A stretch of DNA of 64,000 nucleotides, taken from NCBI GenBank assembly GCA_030390025.1, contig CM059433.1, forward strand, positions 14,386,001-14,450,000, written 5' to 3'. Below the pieces are notes generated by a model, which worked only from the letters and a program-made list of their open reading frames with translations, was not told the DNA's origin and ran no database searches. The stretch is from Squalus acanthias. Its lineage: Eukaryota. A program made the position numbers and the translations under genes. This document shows positions 62,582-64,000 of this stretch, one piece after another; within the stretch, counting starts at the first letter, position 1; every line of letters starts with the position of its first letter.

Positions 62582-64000
62582 TGAGAAGTCGCACAACACC
62601 AGGTTATAGTCCAACAGTTTTATTTGAAATTACGAGCTTTCGGAGCTCTGCTCCTTCGTCAGGTACAGTGAGCGAATACAGATCGGTTACAAAGTATATA
62701 CAGATAGAGAACAATGTGTCTGCAGAGATACAATCCGTCAGGGAGGCATTACATCAAAGACACAGAAGGATCACTGAAAGGACTACACGATAACATCAAC
62801 AGGTTCCATCCACCATCAAACTCACCATGGACTACTCCTCAGAATCGGTTTCATTCTTGGACACATGAATCTCCATCAAAGACGGACACCTCAGCACTTC
62901 ACTCTACCGCAAGCCCACGGACAACCTCACGATGCTCCACTTCTCCAGCTTCCACCCTAACCACGTTAAAGAAGCCATCCCCTATGGACAAGCCCTGCGA
63001 ATACACAGTATCTGCTCAGACGATGAGGAACGCGATGGACACCTACGGACGCTGAAAGACGCCCTCGTAAGAACGGGATATGATGCTCGACTCGTCGATC
63101 GACAGTTCCGACGGGCCACAGCGAAAAATCGCATAGACCTCCTCAGAAGGCGAACACAGGACACAACCAACAGAGTACCCTACGTCGTCCAGTACTTCCC
63201 CGGAACGGAGAAACTACGCCATGTTCTTCGCAGCCTTCAACATGTCATCGATGACGACGAACACCTTGCTAAGGCCATCCCTAAGCCTCCACTACTCGCC
63301 TTCAAGCAGCCGCCTAACCTCAAAAGTACCATCGTTCGCAGCAAATTACCCAGCTGTCAGGAGAACAGTGACCATGACACCACACAACCCTGCCACGGCA
63401 ACCTCTGCAAGACATGCCAGATCATCAACACAGATACCATCATCACATGTGAGGACACTACCCACCAGGTACATGGTACATACTCATGTGACTCGGCTAA
63501 CGTTGTCTACCTCACGTTGCAGGAAAGAATGCACCGCGGCATGGTACATCAGCGAGACCATGCAGACACTGAGACAACGTATGAACGGACATCGCGCAAC
63601 AATCGCCAGGCAGGATTGTTACCTCCCAGTCGGGGAACACTTCAGCAGTCAAGGACATTCAGCCTCGGATCTGCGGGTTAGCGTTCTCCAAGGCAGCCTT
63701 CGAGACACACGACAACGCAAAATCATCGAGCAGAAACTGATAGCCAAGTTCCGCACCCATGAGGACGAACTCAACAGGGATCTCGGTTTCATGTCATGCT
63801 ACAGAACGTGACTCGACATCGTTGTCTGGTTCACAGGTGTGATTTCCAGTTTTTTAAAAAAAGTAAAAAGCTTAACTGCAGACTGCAGCATTTGACACGT
63901 TGGACCCCCTGTGACCCACCTCATTGTCTTAGCTGTACTCTGCTGTGTCTTTGATGTAATGCCTCCCTGATGGATTGTATCTCTGCAGACACATTGTTCT
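62582..64000 (+). mobile_element. Penelope family A element, 5'-truncated, with inverted 3' copy at 62582-62765; runs off the window
   Basis: RT end/thumb (LHFSSFHPNHVKEAIPYGQALRIHSICSD), linker, GIY-YIG (frameshift ~63514); 62707-62765 is the reverse complement of 63943-64000. Confidence 0.92.
62631..62665 (-). ncRNA. Minimal hammerhead ribozyme, family A variant
   Basis: UAC-CUGACGA-a-GGAGC(aga)GCUCC-GAAA-GCUC-GUA; canonical NUC cleavage triplet. Confidence 0.75.

Overview
This is eukaryotic, repeat-dominated vertebrate DNA. It is almost certainly from an elasmobranch (shark or ray), judged by HE1-type V-SINEs, Deu-domain SINEs, and CR1/L2/RTE LINE and PIF/Harbinger fragments. No host protein-coding gene can be confidently identified; almost every ORF in the track is a transposon fragment or noise. 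The most striking structure is a series of Penelope-like retroelement (PLE) insertions from two families, carrying GIY-YIG/RT remnants and minimal hammerhead ribozyme (HHR) motifs. Five of them are fold-back (hairpin) insertions. One is a spacer-less ~1.96 kb palindrome (14928-16889) that folds exactly at a natural 12-bp palindrome of the element and is flanked by a 13-bp TSD. There is also an 87-bp ribozyme-only insertion with its own TSD. Other items: a 1.66 kb solo LTR nested in a CR1; many Harbinger-type MITEs and two convergent-gene Harbinger deletion derivatives; an unexplained 637-bp insert with a 22-bp direct repeat and a paralogous copy ~10 kb away; a possible two-exon micropeptide gene; and RFX X-box motifs. 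Family names come from pattern recognition only, with no database searches. Boundaries without a stated TSD are approximate.
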